From Lingula anatina (Eukaryota; Animalia; Brachiopoda), in contig CM120641.1 in the NCBI GenBank assembly GCA_051362555.1, forward strand, positions 36,090,401-36,154,400: a stretch of DNA of 64,000 nt, in the 5' to 3' direction. A program made the position numbers and the translations under genes. Below the pieces are notes generated by a model. The model had not been told where the DNA came from. It saw only the letters and a list, made by a program, of their open reading frames with translations, and made no database searches. Within the stretch, counting starts at the first letter, position 1. Each line of letters opens with the position of its first letter. Below are positions 1 through 12,400 of this stretch, piece by piece.

Positions 1-1085
1 TTTTTCAAGGATATCAGGTTATAAACTATATGCTTTTAACCTCTATTAATTTTATATTCAGTTGTGCTCTCAACTGATCGATTTCATGTTTTGTTACTAT
101 TGTTTAACCAGGTTGCGCAAATGTTATTCTATTGTGGTTTATACAAATATAAGCTAGTTTAAGGACAAAACTACCTGCTCCACAGACAAAAATATGTCTT
201 TTGAAATGTTCAATTGTCAATAAATATAGATCAAAATTGTATGTAATCAGCGAGACTACAAATTAGAAATTATCGCAATTAGGATACTTACCTGGGATAT
301 AAAGTACGTTGCGGAAGTCAGCGGAAGTCAGGTGGGTTTTTAATTTATTCGCACATGCTCGATGATAAACTTTGGACTGTTTATGTGTGCAATATTCATT
401 GCGATCGTTAAAATCAGCATAGCAATTTGTCAATTTATATTTTACGATATGGGCAAATTCAATAGTAAATAACAGTCTTGAAAATCGAATGAAATCAAAA
501 ATGGGAAATATTTTCGTTTGCTGAACAAGTTGTTATTAGGTCAAGGAGCAGGTTAGATAGAAGCCACAAAATGGTGGCTTAATTTTACTAATAACACATG
601 GTTTGTTACCGTAAGATTTTGTAACATATCAATATATGTACAGGCACAGATCTCTGTTGCAGTTCTCTAGTCTCTGTTGCCATCACCTTGCAGTTTCAGA
701 GATAACATGGTAAGTGTAAAACCATTTTGCCTGTTGTCTTCTTTTTTTTTGTATATATTCCATATATACAGATAACACATTTGAGAAATTATGGTTGATC
801 TATTGTCTTCAAACTTACAAAAGTTATCAATATTACTAAAATCCAGGTCAAGTTAAAAACTAGTATGATGAGATTATTTTTCTTGAAGCATGAAGTGTTC
901 AGTTTTCACATGTTGGCATTTGCAAGGTGTGACTTTGGACTTCCATGGGTCTGAAGGTCTTTGCTAGTCACATTTTCTAAATATCTGTGCTACCTGTAGT
1001 GCATAATTAAAGATTGGTGGAGATTATGCTGTTAAGCATTGTGTAATATTGCATCAAAATTGAAGAAAACCCCATTTGAGGCACT

Positions 1086-2613
1086 TCTTCTTCTATATTA
1101 CCTATTACATCGTTGGGCGTCTACCCAGCGGGCAAATTATGTTATTTTAACGTTGAAACAACGTTGAACCATAACGTTGAGAAGACATTGGATAAACGTT
1201 GGATTTGAAAGTTGTGTCAACCTCAGAAAACAACATTGTAGCAATGTCAGAAAACAATGTTATATCAATCCCCACCCAGCGGGAAATTAGCCTGGGTGTG
1301 TTTAACAGTAGGACATGTTTGATGGCTAAATATATGCAGGGTATAAATGTGTGGCCTTTAAGTTAAAATTTCCAAGGTTTAGATTAATATATATAGTTCT
1401 TTTCTTATATAAGAAGATAACTACAACCATATATATATATATATCACAGTCACCTCAACCTGTCTATCTATAACAGGTTACCAAGAACTGTTAACTCCAT
1501 CACATTTACAGCAACTTATTCATCCTAGTGTTAGCTGACCTTGCAAGGAATTCAGTGTATTGGAATGTATTTCTGAATAGCAAGTTAAGAAAATTCACTT
1601 GTTAACTAAAGACACAAAACAACTGTCACTTTTACTTTAAAACCCTTTTGTTATTATTTTGATAAATTTAGTTACAGTATTGATGAACAAAGTATCACAT
1701 TTTCAATAATTAATATTTTAAATTACAATCCATAACTGCAAGGTTGTGTCATTGACCAAAATACAACGTTGAGTCAACGTCACATTATGATGGTGTTTCG
1801 ACGTGGCTGGATCAACATTGATTTTACGTGGAATTTAGGTAGATCAGCGGCAATTCAACGTATCAACCTGTTTTCAACGTTGATCCAACGCAACTATGCC
1901 TGCTGGGTAGGGCGTCAACAAAGGTCCTCCACTCCTCTCTGTTTCTCGCTAGATGTTGAATTGTCCCCCAACTTTTGCCCAGTTGTTTCAATTCAGTTTC
2001 AACAGTCCTCCTCCATGTGGTCCTGGGTCTGCCTCTTTTTCTATGCCCTTCTGGTGTCCAGTACATGGCTACCCAGTACTTTAGTGGTGGAATTTGGGTC
2101 TTTCCTCAGAACATGGCCAATCCATTTCCATCTTCTTGTCCTGATGACTTCACTTATACTTCTCTGGTTGGTTTGCTTTAACAGGTATTTATTAGATATA
2201 GTCCTTGGCCAGAATATTTTTAAAATTTTTCTGAGGCTTGAGGTGTGAAAGGTAGACAGCTTCCTGAGATCTTCTTCAGTTATGCGCCAGCATTCTGAAC
2301 CATAGAGAAGAGTTGATAGTACACAGCTCTCAAATATACAGAGTTTGGTTTTTATACTATATTGAGAGCATTTCCAAGTTTTGTTTAAGCTCTTAAAGGC
2401 ATTTCTGGCTTTGGTTAGTCTGTTGTTGACATCTCTACTGGTTCCTCCATCTGTTGCTACAATGCTTCCTAGGTATGTAAAGCAGCTGGTGTTATTAAGG
2501 ATGCAGCCTTCTACTTCAACTGGTAGTGGTGATTGTATATTTAATGCCATCACTTTGGTCTTCTTTTTGCTTATCCTAAGCCCAATTTGCTGATAAACAT
2601 CTTCAGTCAGCAA
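1086..2613 (-). mobile_element. 5'-truncated RTE-clade LINE, interrupted by a MITE
   Basis: RT C-terminal region ([37 protein letters not shown]), (GAA)n-type 3' tail at ~1082-1093, and a 12-bp TSD ATTTGAGGCACT at 1074-1085 and 2614-2625. Confidence 0.9.
1124..1907. mobile_element. Non-autonomous DNA transposon (MITE) with CCCAGC termini and TA duplication
   Basis: TIRs CCCAGCGGGCA / TGCCTGCTGGG, TA on both sides (1122-1123, 1908-1909), subterminal AACGTTG/CAACG repeats. It splits the LINE ORF at codons ...VDAL|DAQRCNR*. Confidence 0.85.
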
Positions 2614-3805
2614 ATTTGAGGCACTGTCACGATAATATTCATTTCAAGAAACCATGTCCCTTTACTATTCTCAAAAAATAAATAAAAAAACAACGTGGGA
2701 CTAAAATACAACATAAGTTGGAAAACCAGTCAGATTGATGCCTTTTTCTGGAACTTACACAGTTTTGTTTTTTGAGAAATTTAAATTTTTCCGGTTTGGC
2801 ATTTTCAAGGTGTGATGAAGACCCTTGGTAATCACTTTTTCCAAATATCTATGTTACCAGCAGTGCATAATTAAAAATTGGTGGTCATATGGTGTTTGAT
2901 ATTATGTAATATTGTATCACAATTGAAGAAAACACTGTCGCCATGGTTTAAGGGGAAAATATATGTCACTTACTTTTCTGAAATTTACAGAAAAGAAACA
3001 TAGGACTGAAATACAGCTTGAGTTGATAAACCAGTCTGTTTGGTTTATTTTTTGGGAACTTACGCAGTTTTGTTTTTTGTGAAATTTAAATTTTTCACAT
3101 ATGGGCATTTCCAAGGTGTGACTTTGAACTTTGCGAATTACATTTTATAAGACTTAGTATCTATGTTGCTTGCAGTGCATAATAGAAAATTGATAGTGAT
3201 ATGCTGTAATTTTGCATCATAGTTGAAGAAAACCTATTTTGGGTTCTGCTGCCACAATGACCATCAAAGGAAAACTATGTTACTTGCAGTGCATAGGCAA
3301 TATGCAATTCAGATAACACGTACATTTCATGTCTTCAAAATCACAGGACTGATGAATATGACATAGATACAGATTGAGTTTGAAAAATCAGCCTGTCGAA
3401 GTAATTTTTTGTGAAATGTTAATTTATCATATCATGGCATTTTCAAGTTGCGACTTTGAACTCTCTTGGGCCTGAAGCCTTATGCTAGTTACATATTCTG
3501 TATATTCGTGTTCCCCATTGTGCAACATTATTTTTTAAAAAATTGTGTGTTAACTTTGCATAATGTATTATTGTATCGAAATTGACAAAATAACATATTG
3601 TGTGCTTGATTATTTTCTGCTTTTGTCTGTACATTTGACAGCTTTGCTGCCTTCTTTTTATCATTTTCTTTTTCGGGTGTGTTGTGGGGGGGGGGGGGGG
3701 GAGTGAGGGTCAGTAGGTTAAATGAACTTGGTAAAGTCAAAGCCTAGCATTTGACAGGGTTTCTTCTTTTACATGAAGTTTAATTCTAAACTCATTATCT
3801 TCCAG

Positions 3806-6800
3806 TTTGATTTACTGCTGCGTTCTGTAGCGTACTCAAAGGAGATGTGTCATTTGGCTGGTCTGCTGGACATTGGCCTCATCTCATTAGCGGTCATCAG
3901 TAGTGGACTGTGGTACTTGAATCTCCTCACAGAAGTGACATCTACCTTTAGCAGACATTCTGTACAGCTGTTTAAAGGTAAGATATTGAGAACAGGTTTT
4001 TCACTGTTCCTTAAGAATTTTCTAACTATATCTGATAATTGTAGTATCAGCAAGGAGACTGATGTTGGCATACACTGTACTTCGAAATCCTATTGAAGGG
4101 CAACAAGAAACGAGTGCATGGTATGGTAAAAGGTTATACAATTTGAAAAAAATCTTTCTTCTGGTGGTGTCAATTTTGGGAATCGAACGATGAAAAGTTT
4201 TTTTACTGATTTTTTGACTTAATGAAATAATAAATTGGTTTCTAGGGGTGACAACCGTTATATCTGCCCTGGCAGTTTTGGCGCGCTTACCCTTGATGTC
4301 AAAATACACCAGGTTTGGGCTGAGTGTGCTGGTCAACATATATCCCATCCTTTCAGATCTCATCATGTTGGTCTTCGTTGTTCTGTAAGTATGGGTTTTT
4401 GTTGTTTTTACTGAATCAAGGATGATAAATGAATACTTTATTAAAGATGTATACGCATAGATAGACAAATGATTTGAATTGTGTTTGCATTTAAAGATAT
4501 ACCATTTATGATAACTATTTCCAGTTATTTCTATGCCATCTTGGGCCTGGAAATATTTCAAGAGAGTCAAGTGGATTCAAACTACACATTTGAAGTAACC
4601 AAATATGGTTGTGGGCTTGGTTATCAAACAGTAAGGTAAATAAGTTGATTGCTGGTAGTATCAAGATTAGTAACACAGTGTGAATTGATTTTCAGTCTTG
4701 GTAAAGTATAAGAAAATTGAAAATGAAAAATGAGACGGTGATGTTAATTTTTTGTCTGAAGAGTTAGGTAAAGGTAATAAATGTTGCCATGTGGAAAGAC
4801 AGAAACTTGCATTGTTTATTCAAAAGAGAAGTTTTATCTATATTACATTATTTATGTGTGTTTGTATAATTATATACACGTTTGTGTGTGTTGAAGCTGT
4901 AGGAAAAAGATGGAGGAATACAAGTCTACAAACTGTAAGTTTGCATATATGAAGGAATAAAACAATTAGCCAATGCAAGAAGTAAGATTGATCAATTAAT
5001 ATTATTGAATGGCATCATTTCAGGTGCAGCCTGATAAACATCTTCCAAATTTTAACTACAGCAGGTTGGCATGGCAACATGGATGCTGCCATTGTGAGTA
5101 CGACATGGTGGGCTGGCCTGTATTTTCTCTCTGCATACATCATAGTTAACATGCTCATTATGAAGTAAGTATATAAGAAAATCCTTTCCTAATACATTTT
5201 GTCTTGTTTTCTCTCTTTGTAATTAATTGATATTTCTGCATATTCTAACTGATTTTTTAATTAATCTTAGACAATATGCTACTGACAGCGTTCAAATAAC
5301 TTTTTTTTAAATTACAGGAAACAAACACTTAGTTTTCAATTCTTCTAAGATTAACAAAAACATGCATATACACATATTATCAGAAAGTAGTGAAAGAACT
5401 TGTTTTTTTTTAAATTTTTTTATCAGCTTGTTTGTGGCCATCACCATCGAGGCCTTCAACAAACTAAGTGCAGATTCAGGGCCTGGTAGTGCTGTAATGG
5501 AGGGGAGAATACTGGTAAGGATCAGATATCACATTATATGTAGTGGACTTCAGAAGAGAGGCTCCATGAAATTATATAGACTGGTATCATTGCGTAAATG
5601 TTTAAGAGAAAAGGCATTAGATGAAATGATCATTAACAAAAAAAATAAGCTATTAGGTGTGTATAAAATAGATGTTTTACAGAGGTTATTTTTGCACAAT
5701 TTGATTTTACTTTGAATTCATTTTCATTTTACTTTAAATTTGAATTTAACCTTTTTAAATGAGCTGTATATTTGTCTATGAACTGTAAAATTGCTTTTGA
5801 TTAATATTTAAGTAGTGCAATATTTTTTCAATGAAGCAATTATGTATGTAACATTTTAGGTTGGGGCAGCACCAGGTTTTACCTCTCATACTAAACAAAA
5901 AACAGAAGCTGAAGAAGAAGAAGAAGAGGCAGAAGTGAGAAATATACACTATCTAAATTAACACATCTCTTTTAATGCAATTTTGGAGAAGTTTTGTCTT
6001 ATTTTATACCACATTACACTTCTTGCATTCAAAATTTGTACAGTTTGTCACAACTAATATTGTCATAAGTAAGTTGCTGGCTTTATCTATATCCTGTTTG
6101 ATTTTAAAAGAAAGATACATTGCATTTAGTGATACTTCTTGTGCTGGTTCATTTTTATTAATGCTGTCCATCTGCAAATCAGAATATTTGGAGTTGTGTG
6201 TTAATTTAGAATATAAATGCAATTTTGCTGTGCTGTAATTCCATACCTGTAGATTTATCAGCCCTGTTTTTTATCAAAATGTTAACAGATTGAAATTATG
6301 ATCTTTAAAATGTTCTAGGATATGTCAAACCTAAGTCTAGAAGAAAGAAACAAAAGACTTTTGAAAAGAAAAAGAAGACAGCGGAAGAAGAAGCATGCTA
6401 CAAATACCACAAAGGTGGTGATTCCATTTAGAAAAAAGAACGAAGATGAAATTAACCTTCATGCTGGGGAGGAAGTGGAAATCTTGGAGAAAAATGGTGC
6501 CATGTGGAAAGGCAGAGTAGGACAAGAAAAGATGGGCTGGTTCCCAGGTAAGAGCAAGATTTATTTACATAGCCTTGTCATCCACTCATGCACCCCACCA
6601 TGATTGATAGCATATTAAGATGGTTGTTTCAACCTGCTTCATACAACATGGTAACACTGTCAAGGACTTAACAGTCAACAAAAATAAGTATAATTGTATT
6701 CTACGAATTATGGCTCTAATATATTGTTTGCTTTCAGCTAAATGTGTCAAGGAGTTTACAGTGAACAAAAAGACAGAGGTAGCCCCAACTATACAAGCAC

Positions 6801-8724
6801 AGAGTTTAACTGGTGGAAGTCAGACTGAAGATGAGGTAAAGCACACAGACTCGAGCAATATTTGATATTATTTTTTTTCTTGTTATATATTATTCATTAG
6901 CTTTTTTAGATACTATTGCTCTGATTGAAAGAGGAAAAATATGAAGTAAACCAGAGTGGTCTTATTGCCACAGTCCAGAATTAGTACCAGAGGGTTAATT
7001 TTGTATCTGGTTTACTATATGTGTTTCATTTGGCACTGTGGTTCACTGCTACCTATTTTGAAATTCCCTAGTGACGTTCCTTATTTGCAGAACAAATTAC
7101 CTGTGTTAGTTTTTGAGCAAAAAGTAAAGAATTTACCTTGCTAAAGATAAAATATCACTAATCACTAATTTTAACTTTATATTTGACCTACTTGATTACT
7201 CATCTTAATTTGGATATTGCCATGAAGTAAGTTTTTTTTCTCTTTTCAGGATAACATGATCGACTCAGTGTAAGTTATTGTTTTTGAATACACAAAGCTT
7301 TCATCAAATTTCTGGAGATAATGAAAGTCAAAACATTTTAACATTGATGTATTTTATGTAAAACAGCAGCAGCAAAAAAAATTAGAGTGAAAAATTAGCA
7401 ATAAGACTTATCTTTGTATTTTATTTGTCTTCCATAGCAAACTAAAGCTAGCGAAACCTGTTGCCCCACAGTCTAACTGGAGGCGCCAGCTAGTGGGCAA
7501 CATGACAGTCATGAATCCAGATGAGGTAATAATACTAACAAAATTATTGAAAGTATTTATTGAAGGGCTTAATGCTTTGTTGTACCAAAAATAGTATAGG
7601 TAAATAAAAGAATTAATTAAAGAAATGGAAAAAATGTTGAAATTCAATGTGTTTTTATAAACATGTAGATTCATATTTGTTCCATTTAGAAATTTATCAC
7701 TTTGATTGATACTACGTCTGTTTAGTGTCAAATAGTTTATGATCTATTTCCAAAGAAAGCTAATTTTTATTTTCTCACCATTTTCAGTTAATGGAATTGA
7801 ACCAGTTGTCCAAAGCCAAGATCAGTCCTGCTTCTGTCAAGAAGAATAGGATTAGCCCTGATAATTATGAAGTAAGATGTTGGGCTTATTCTAGCATCAA
7901 TTTTGTTTAAGCCAGATATAAAAATAGAAAATCTGAAAACTTGTTGGCTCTTAAGCCCAGTTTTAAAATAATATCCACTTTGTTATATCAGGCAATCACA
8001 TACTAGTAATTTTTTTAAAAAAGTTTTCCATTTTTGCCAAAAAATAACAAAAATACGAAATCAGTTGAGATTAAGACAAATTATTTCTCAAAATACAATA
8101 GGGAGTAGATGTGATACATGAAGAAGATGAGCCAGAAGAACACAGTGACTTTAATATGGGGCAACATTCAGGTCAGTTGAGAAAATAGAAAGTTGCTTAC
8201 AGAGAAGTCAGTTAGGATAAAAGACTTGATGTAGTTTCAAGAAATTATATATATATAAGGTTAATTATATAAGGTTATAATATTCAGGTCTCCAGAAAAT
8301 CATTTCCCAGTTGGCATCTACTTTGTCTAGTTTTTTTCCTGGGAAAACATGTCAAAGTAACTGTAGCCAAAATAAAATATCCAACAGAAGCAGCTTTACT
8401 TAGAGGAATACTATGCCAAAATAAATTTACTGGTAAAAAGCCACCAGAATATCTAATTTTAATTTGTACCAATAATTATGTAAGTTTTTTTTCAACAAAA
8501 CTGCATGAAAATTGAAATATTTCCTCCATCCTGCCATTCCAGCAGCTGCTACCTACCCACCAAAGTCTGCCCTTAAGAGAACAGAACGAATGGGCAGTGT
8601 AGACAATGCAACTCCTAGTAATAACAATGACATTCCCGACTGGGTGAAAAAATTTAGTCAGCAGCACAACATAGCACTTGTGGAGGGAGGCAAACAAATG
8701 GAAGAAACAGCAGAAGATGACTAA
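3806..8724 (+). CDS. Divergent two-pore-channel (TPC)-like / voltage-gated-superfamily cation channel with C-terminal SH3 domain (5' part not located)
   Basis: Exons 3806-3977, 4246-4384, 4525-4635, 5024-5164, 5427-5514, 5860-5934, 6319-6547, 6738-6835, 7250-7269, 7438-7525, 7788-7871, 8102-8171 and 8543-8724 all have GT-AG ends and splice in frame. Motifs: S5 VLYFYAILGLEIF; pore IFQILTTAGWHGNM; S6 WAGLYFLSAYIIVNMLIMNLFVAITIEAF; SH3 EDEINLHAGEEVEILEKNGAMWKGRVGQEKMGWFPAKCV. AATAAA at ~8752. Confidence 0.82.
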
Positions 8725-9455
8725 TTTGATAGCTATTTGGGAAACCTTCTTAATAAACCATGCCAGTATTAAACCACAGCATTGAGCTGATGATTCCGTT
8801 AATTTATCCCTAAAATTGGGATAGATAAAAAACACTAATGGTGAATGTGTAAAATAAGACAACTTGAAGACGATATTTAAGAATTTTTATGTACATTGTA
8901 TTGTATTCCACTCATTCTTTCAAGTTCTTACAAATTGACCCATTATCTGACAGCATATTTTAAATTAACACATTTTTACATAAACCATTAACAGCCCACC
9001 TTTGTTTAACAATGCCTTTACTTAAAGTAAGGCATACTTTTGCAAGGCATTAGTCCTAGGCTTCATATAATACAAGGAGTGGTAAATAAATATACAAACA
9101 TATGTGGCATTTTTATGGAGCAAAAAGTTCTTCACAGACAGTGCCAAATAAACATGTCTGAAAATAGGACAGTCAGCTTTCGATTTTAATATGCCAAGCT
9201 TTTTCTCTCTTATTTTTTGGTAAAAAAAAGGAGAAAATGCAGGTACACGTTTGGGTATAATGAAGCTCTGCTTCCCATTCTTTGAGATGTACGGTCTCCA
9301 AAAATTGATGATCATTAGAAACAGTTTTATTAATGTAATATTTTACAAGAGGTGATGAGACATATTTTGCAGTATTTGCCTCAGCAGCACCCTTCAGCCG
9401 TTTTTCATTTTAGAAGCTGAAGTATTCTTGAATTTTTTTTTTTGTCCTCAACAAT

Positions 9456-12400
9456 CTATTCTTCTTCTTCCAACCATGCTCTGTATTTGGTTTTTACTCT
9501 GAGGAAGGGTAAAAGGTCCGGATCTCTTCCCCTGAATCTCCTAAACAGTTCTTTTGCTGGTAACCCACCTCCATAATACAGGAAAGTATTTCTAAACCTG
9601 AAACAAAAATTTATCACTAAATTACTATCTAATTCTTGGCTGAAATATTGGCACATCTAATGATAAAACTTTTTTTATCTTACTGTATATTTGATTAACT
9701 ACACAATTATAAAGGAAAAGCGCCTTACCTTCGGCCTATCTCATTCAACATTTTCACATCCTGTGGATCTACATCAGAAAATGCTTCAAAAATATCTGCG
9801 GCTACCATCTGGAATAAAAACCAATAAACTTATCATATTGTCATTAATTGTATGTTTATACTAGTTCCAGACTAATCTTACCTTCTGCATTCAATCTAAT
9901 GAAGACAACCACAATAATAAATCAATTTTTAAATACCTAACTAATTTAACCTTTTCAGGTTTTAAATATTTAGATGCTGAGAAGTATTTGCATCATTTTC
10001 AATCCAACTACACTACATTAACTGGTGGATAATTAATGGAGTTATTTTGAACCAAATCAAATCCTATTAATTTGAGCCTCACAAGTACGAGCAATAATGC
10101 CTTACCGATGTCCATATTGGAGCATAGCAATATCCCGGTGTCTCTGTAAACACTCTTGTATTGGAAAATTCAGACATGTCTTCAACGGGAAGAGGTAGGG
10201 GCATAAACAGTGGCCACAGTTTTTTCTTGCTCTCCATGGGGGAGCCTTCCAAGCTGCAACAGAAATTTGGCATATATAAACACTGGCATAATAGTATACT
10301 TTCATAATTAAACAGGAAATTGTACAAAGCAATAAAAAAACTATGACTTAATGTCAAATTTAAACTGGTTTATCCACTTCACGTGTAAAAATTTATTTAA
10401 AAGGTTAATTAGTGTTATGTCTGGATTACCTTATAGCTGCCTGATTGTAAAGAAATGAAAACATTTTTCTCATTGCAAAGTAAAAAGGCCATATCAGCCA
10501 CTCACCTTAGATGCATCTCCAAGTCAAAAGCTGCTGTATACAAGTCGTGCATCAGGTCATATGCCATTAAGTATTGGTTGGCTAAACAAATTAAAGTATA
10601 CAAGTTTAAAATATGTTAAAAGTTTGAAAGACAGAAATAACATCACTTGCTTATTAAATATAGTGTGATGTGATTAATATAGGTAATTGCTAAATAATTA
10701 CTGACAGCATTTACAGCAAAACTGATTAAATAATAACTGTTTCTAGATATTACTGACAGCATTTACAGCAAAACTGATTAAATAATAACTGTTTCTAGAG
10801 ACTATCATGATTGTGGCTAAAATAAAATCTGACAATTAAGAGCATTCTCAGTTAACAGAAAATTTTACTTCCTGACAGTGAGATCCCTTATGTGATGTAT
10901 ATATATATAAAATGATATGAAATTGATCCTTATAATTATAAAGTGTCAGATGTACCCAAGACATTACATAAGGAATCCCACTGTGAGGAAGTAAAATTTT
11001 ATGTATGTCTGACAGACAAATTTAAATCAGTTTTGTATTTGTCAGAATAAAGATTACATAAATAAATCTTTTAAAAAAACTGATTGACAAGAAAAAAACA
11101 ATAACAACAATAAGAAATCCAACCTTTTGTTTGAACAACCCAACCTATTTACCTATGCAAATTTTTCTGGCCATAGCCTCTGTCAACTGCTCTCCTGTTG
11201 TGACATGTTTGCTAAACATCTGCACTATGTGGGGCTGCAGACCAAAATACCCCATAACCAGACCAGGTATGCCCTGAGCATCCACTTCTGTATACAGGCC
11301 AGCACTAAGTTCAGTGTAGGGAACTCGATTCAGCACGATTCCAAGGGCATTTCCAAACTAGATGGAAAAAGGAGGAAAAGATCTTAATTGTAACAATTTA
11401 ACCAACAAGGTGGAGAAAATATGTTGTGACAAATCTCACTGGTCTAAGCTTGAGGAAAATGACAAAAACCAACTTTTCTTCACAATTTAAAATGCATTTT
11501 GACTTGTTCTCTCATACTAATAAATGGTGTCATGCTATCAAATGATATGTTAAAGGGATAATAACTCTTCGTATGAGATCTATATTTCACAGTAAAAACA
11601 TTGTAAACAACTCATAGAAATATAACATATTCTGTTTACCACAATAACGGCTGTTATAGCTATTATTCTGATATCTGAGCTTGTCATCGGACCACGTGAC
11701 CTCCATAGATGGCTATATTCTGTTATAATCTCTTAAGAGATTATAACATAAAATCTAACTCTCTAGAAAAAAAACAGGGACTAACTTTGAATGTAGAAAT
11801 GGATTCGTTAACCATTGGTAAGTATGGGAAAATTGTTGTTTACTCTGGGAAAATTAATTTTTTGGCCAAAACGAACAGTTATTATCCCTTTAAACAAAAT
11901 AATGCTGATCAGTGCTAGTCTACCTTTCATTGTTACACATGACCCCCTGTAAAGGAAATACAAATAATGGATTAAACTGTAAAGCAATCATCAGTTTAAT
12001 ATAATATCATATGCCACCACTTACTTGTTGAAAAAGTTCTGGGATATAATTCATTTCAATGAAATTAAAGGAGGAGCCTTCATCAGATGTATCGTCCATC
12101 ATTCTGGAATTCATTGCTGAGAGACTCAGGTATGCAATTGGCTTACTGCCAAAAATTTCACTGTGTGCTGAAACAGTGAAAATAGTCCATTTTTTCATGT
12201 TTGTGTAAAAAGATGGTCCAAATCTCTCTAAAACTAAGAAATAATATTGGATAATTCACCACAGTAACTGTGGACAAAAGTGTTTAACACATTGTCAAGA
12301 CATCTTAAATTATTAAGTAACAAAACCTGATGGTTCATGATCAAAACTTTCACATACTGACTTAAATCTACATCTGACAGTAATCTATCTGGGTAATACA

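Larger units (their letters stand above)
633..3657 (-). mobile_element. Helentron-like non-autonomous element (HINE/DINE-1-like) with ~300-bp core repeats; hosts the LINE
   Basis: End module GGCAGCAAAGCTGTCAAATGTACAGAC (reverse complement at ~3625-3652), degenerate hairpin module at ~633-690, and core repeats shared with copies at 12.5-21 kb. Confidence 0.65.

Noticed and set aside
284-295. ATACTTACCTGG matching the 5' end of U1 snRNA
   Set aside because: The following sequence does not resemble U1; better read as a consensus splice donor on the minus strand.
643-715. Candidate channel exon ending at ATG|GTAAGT
   Set aside because: Lies in the degenerate end module of the HINE-like repeat; no convincing channel-like translation.
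1769-2248. 159-aa + strand ORF
   Set aside because: Spans the MITE/LINE junction antisense to the LINE; spurious.
4022-4570. 182-aa minus-strand ORF
   Set aside because: Antisense to channel exons and introns; no recognisable motif and a non-ATG start.
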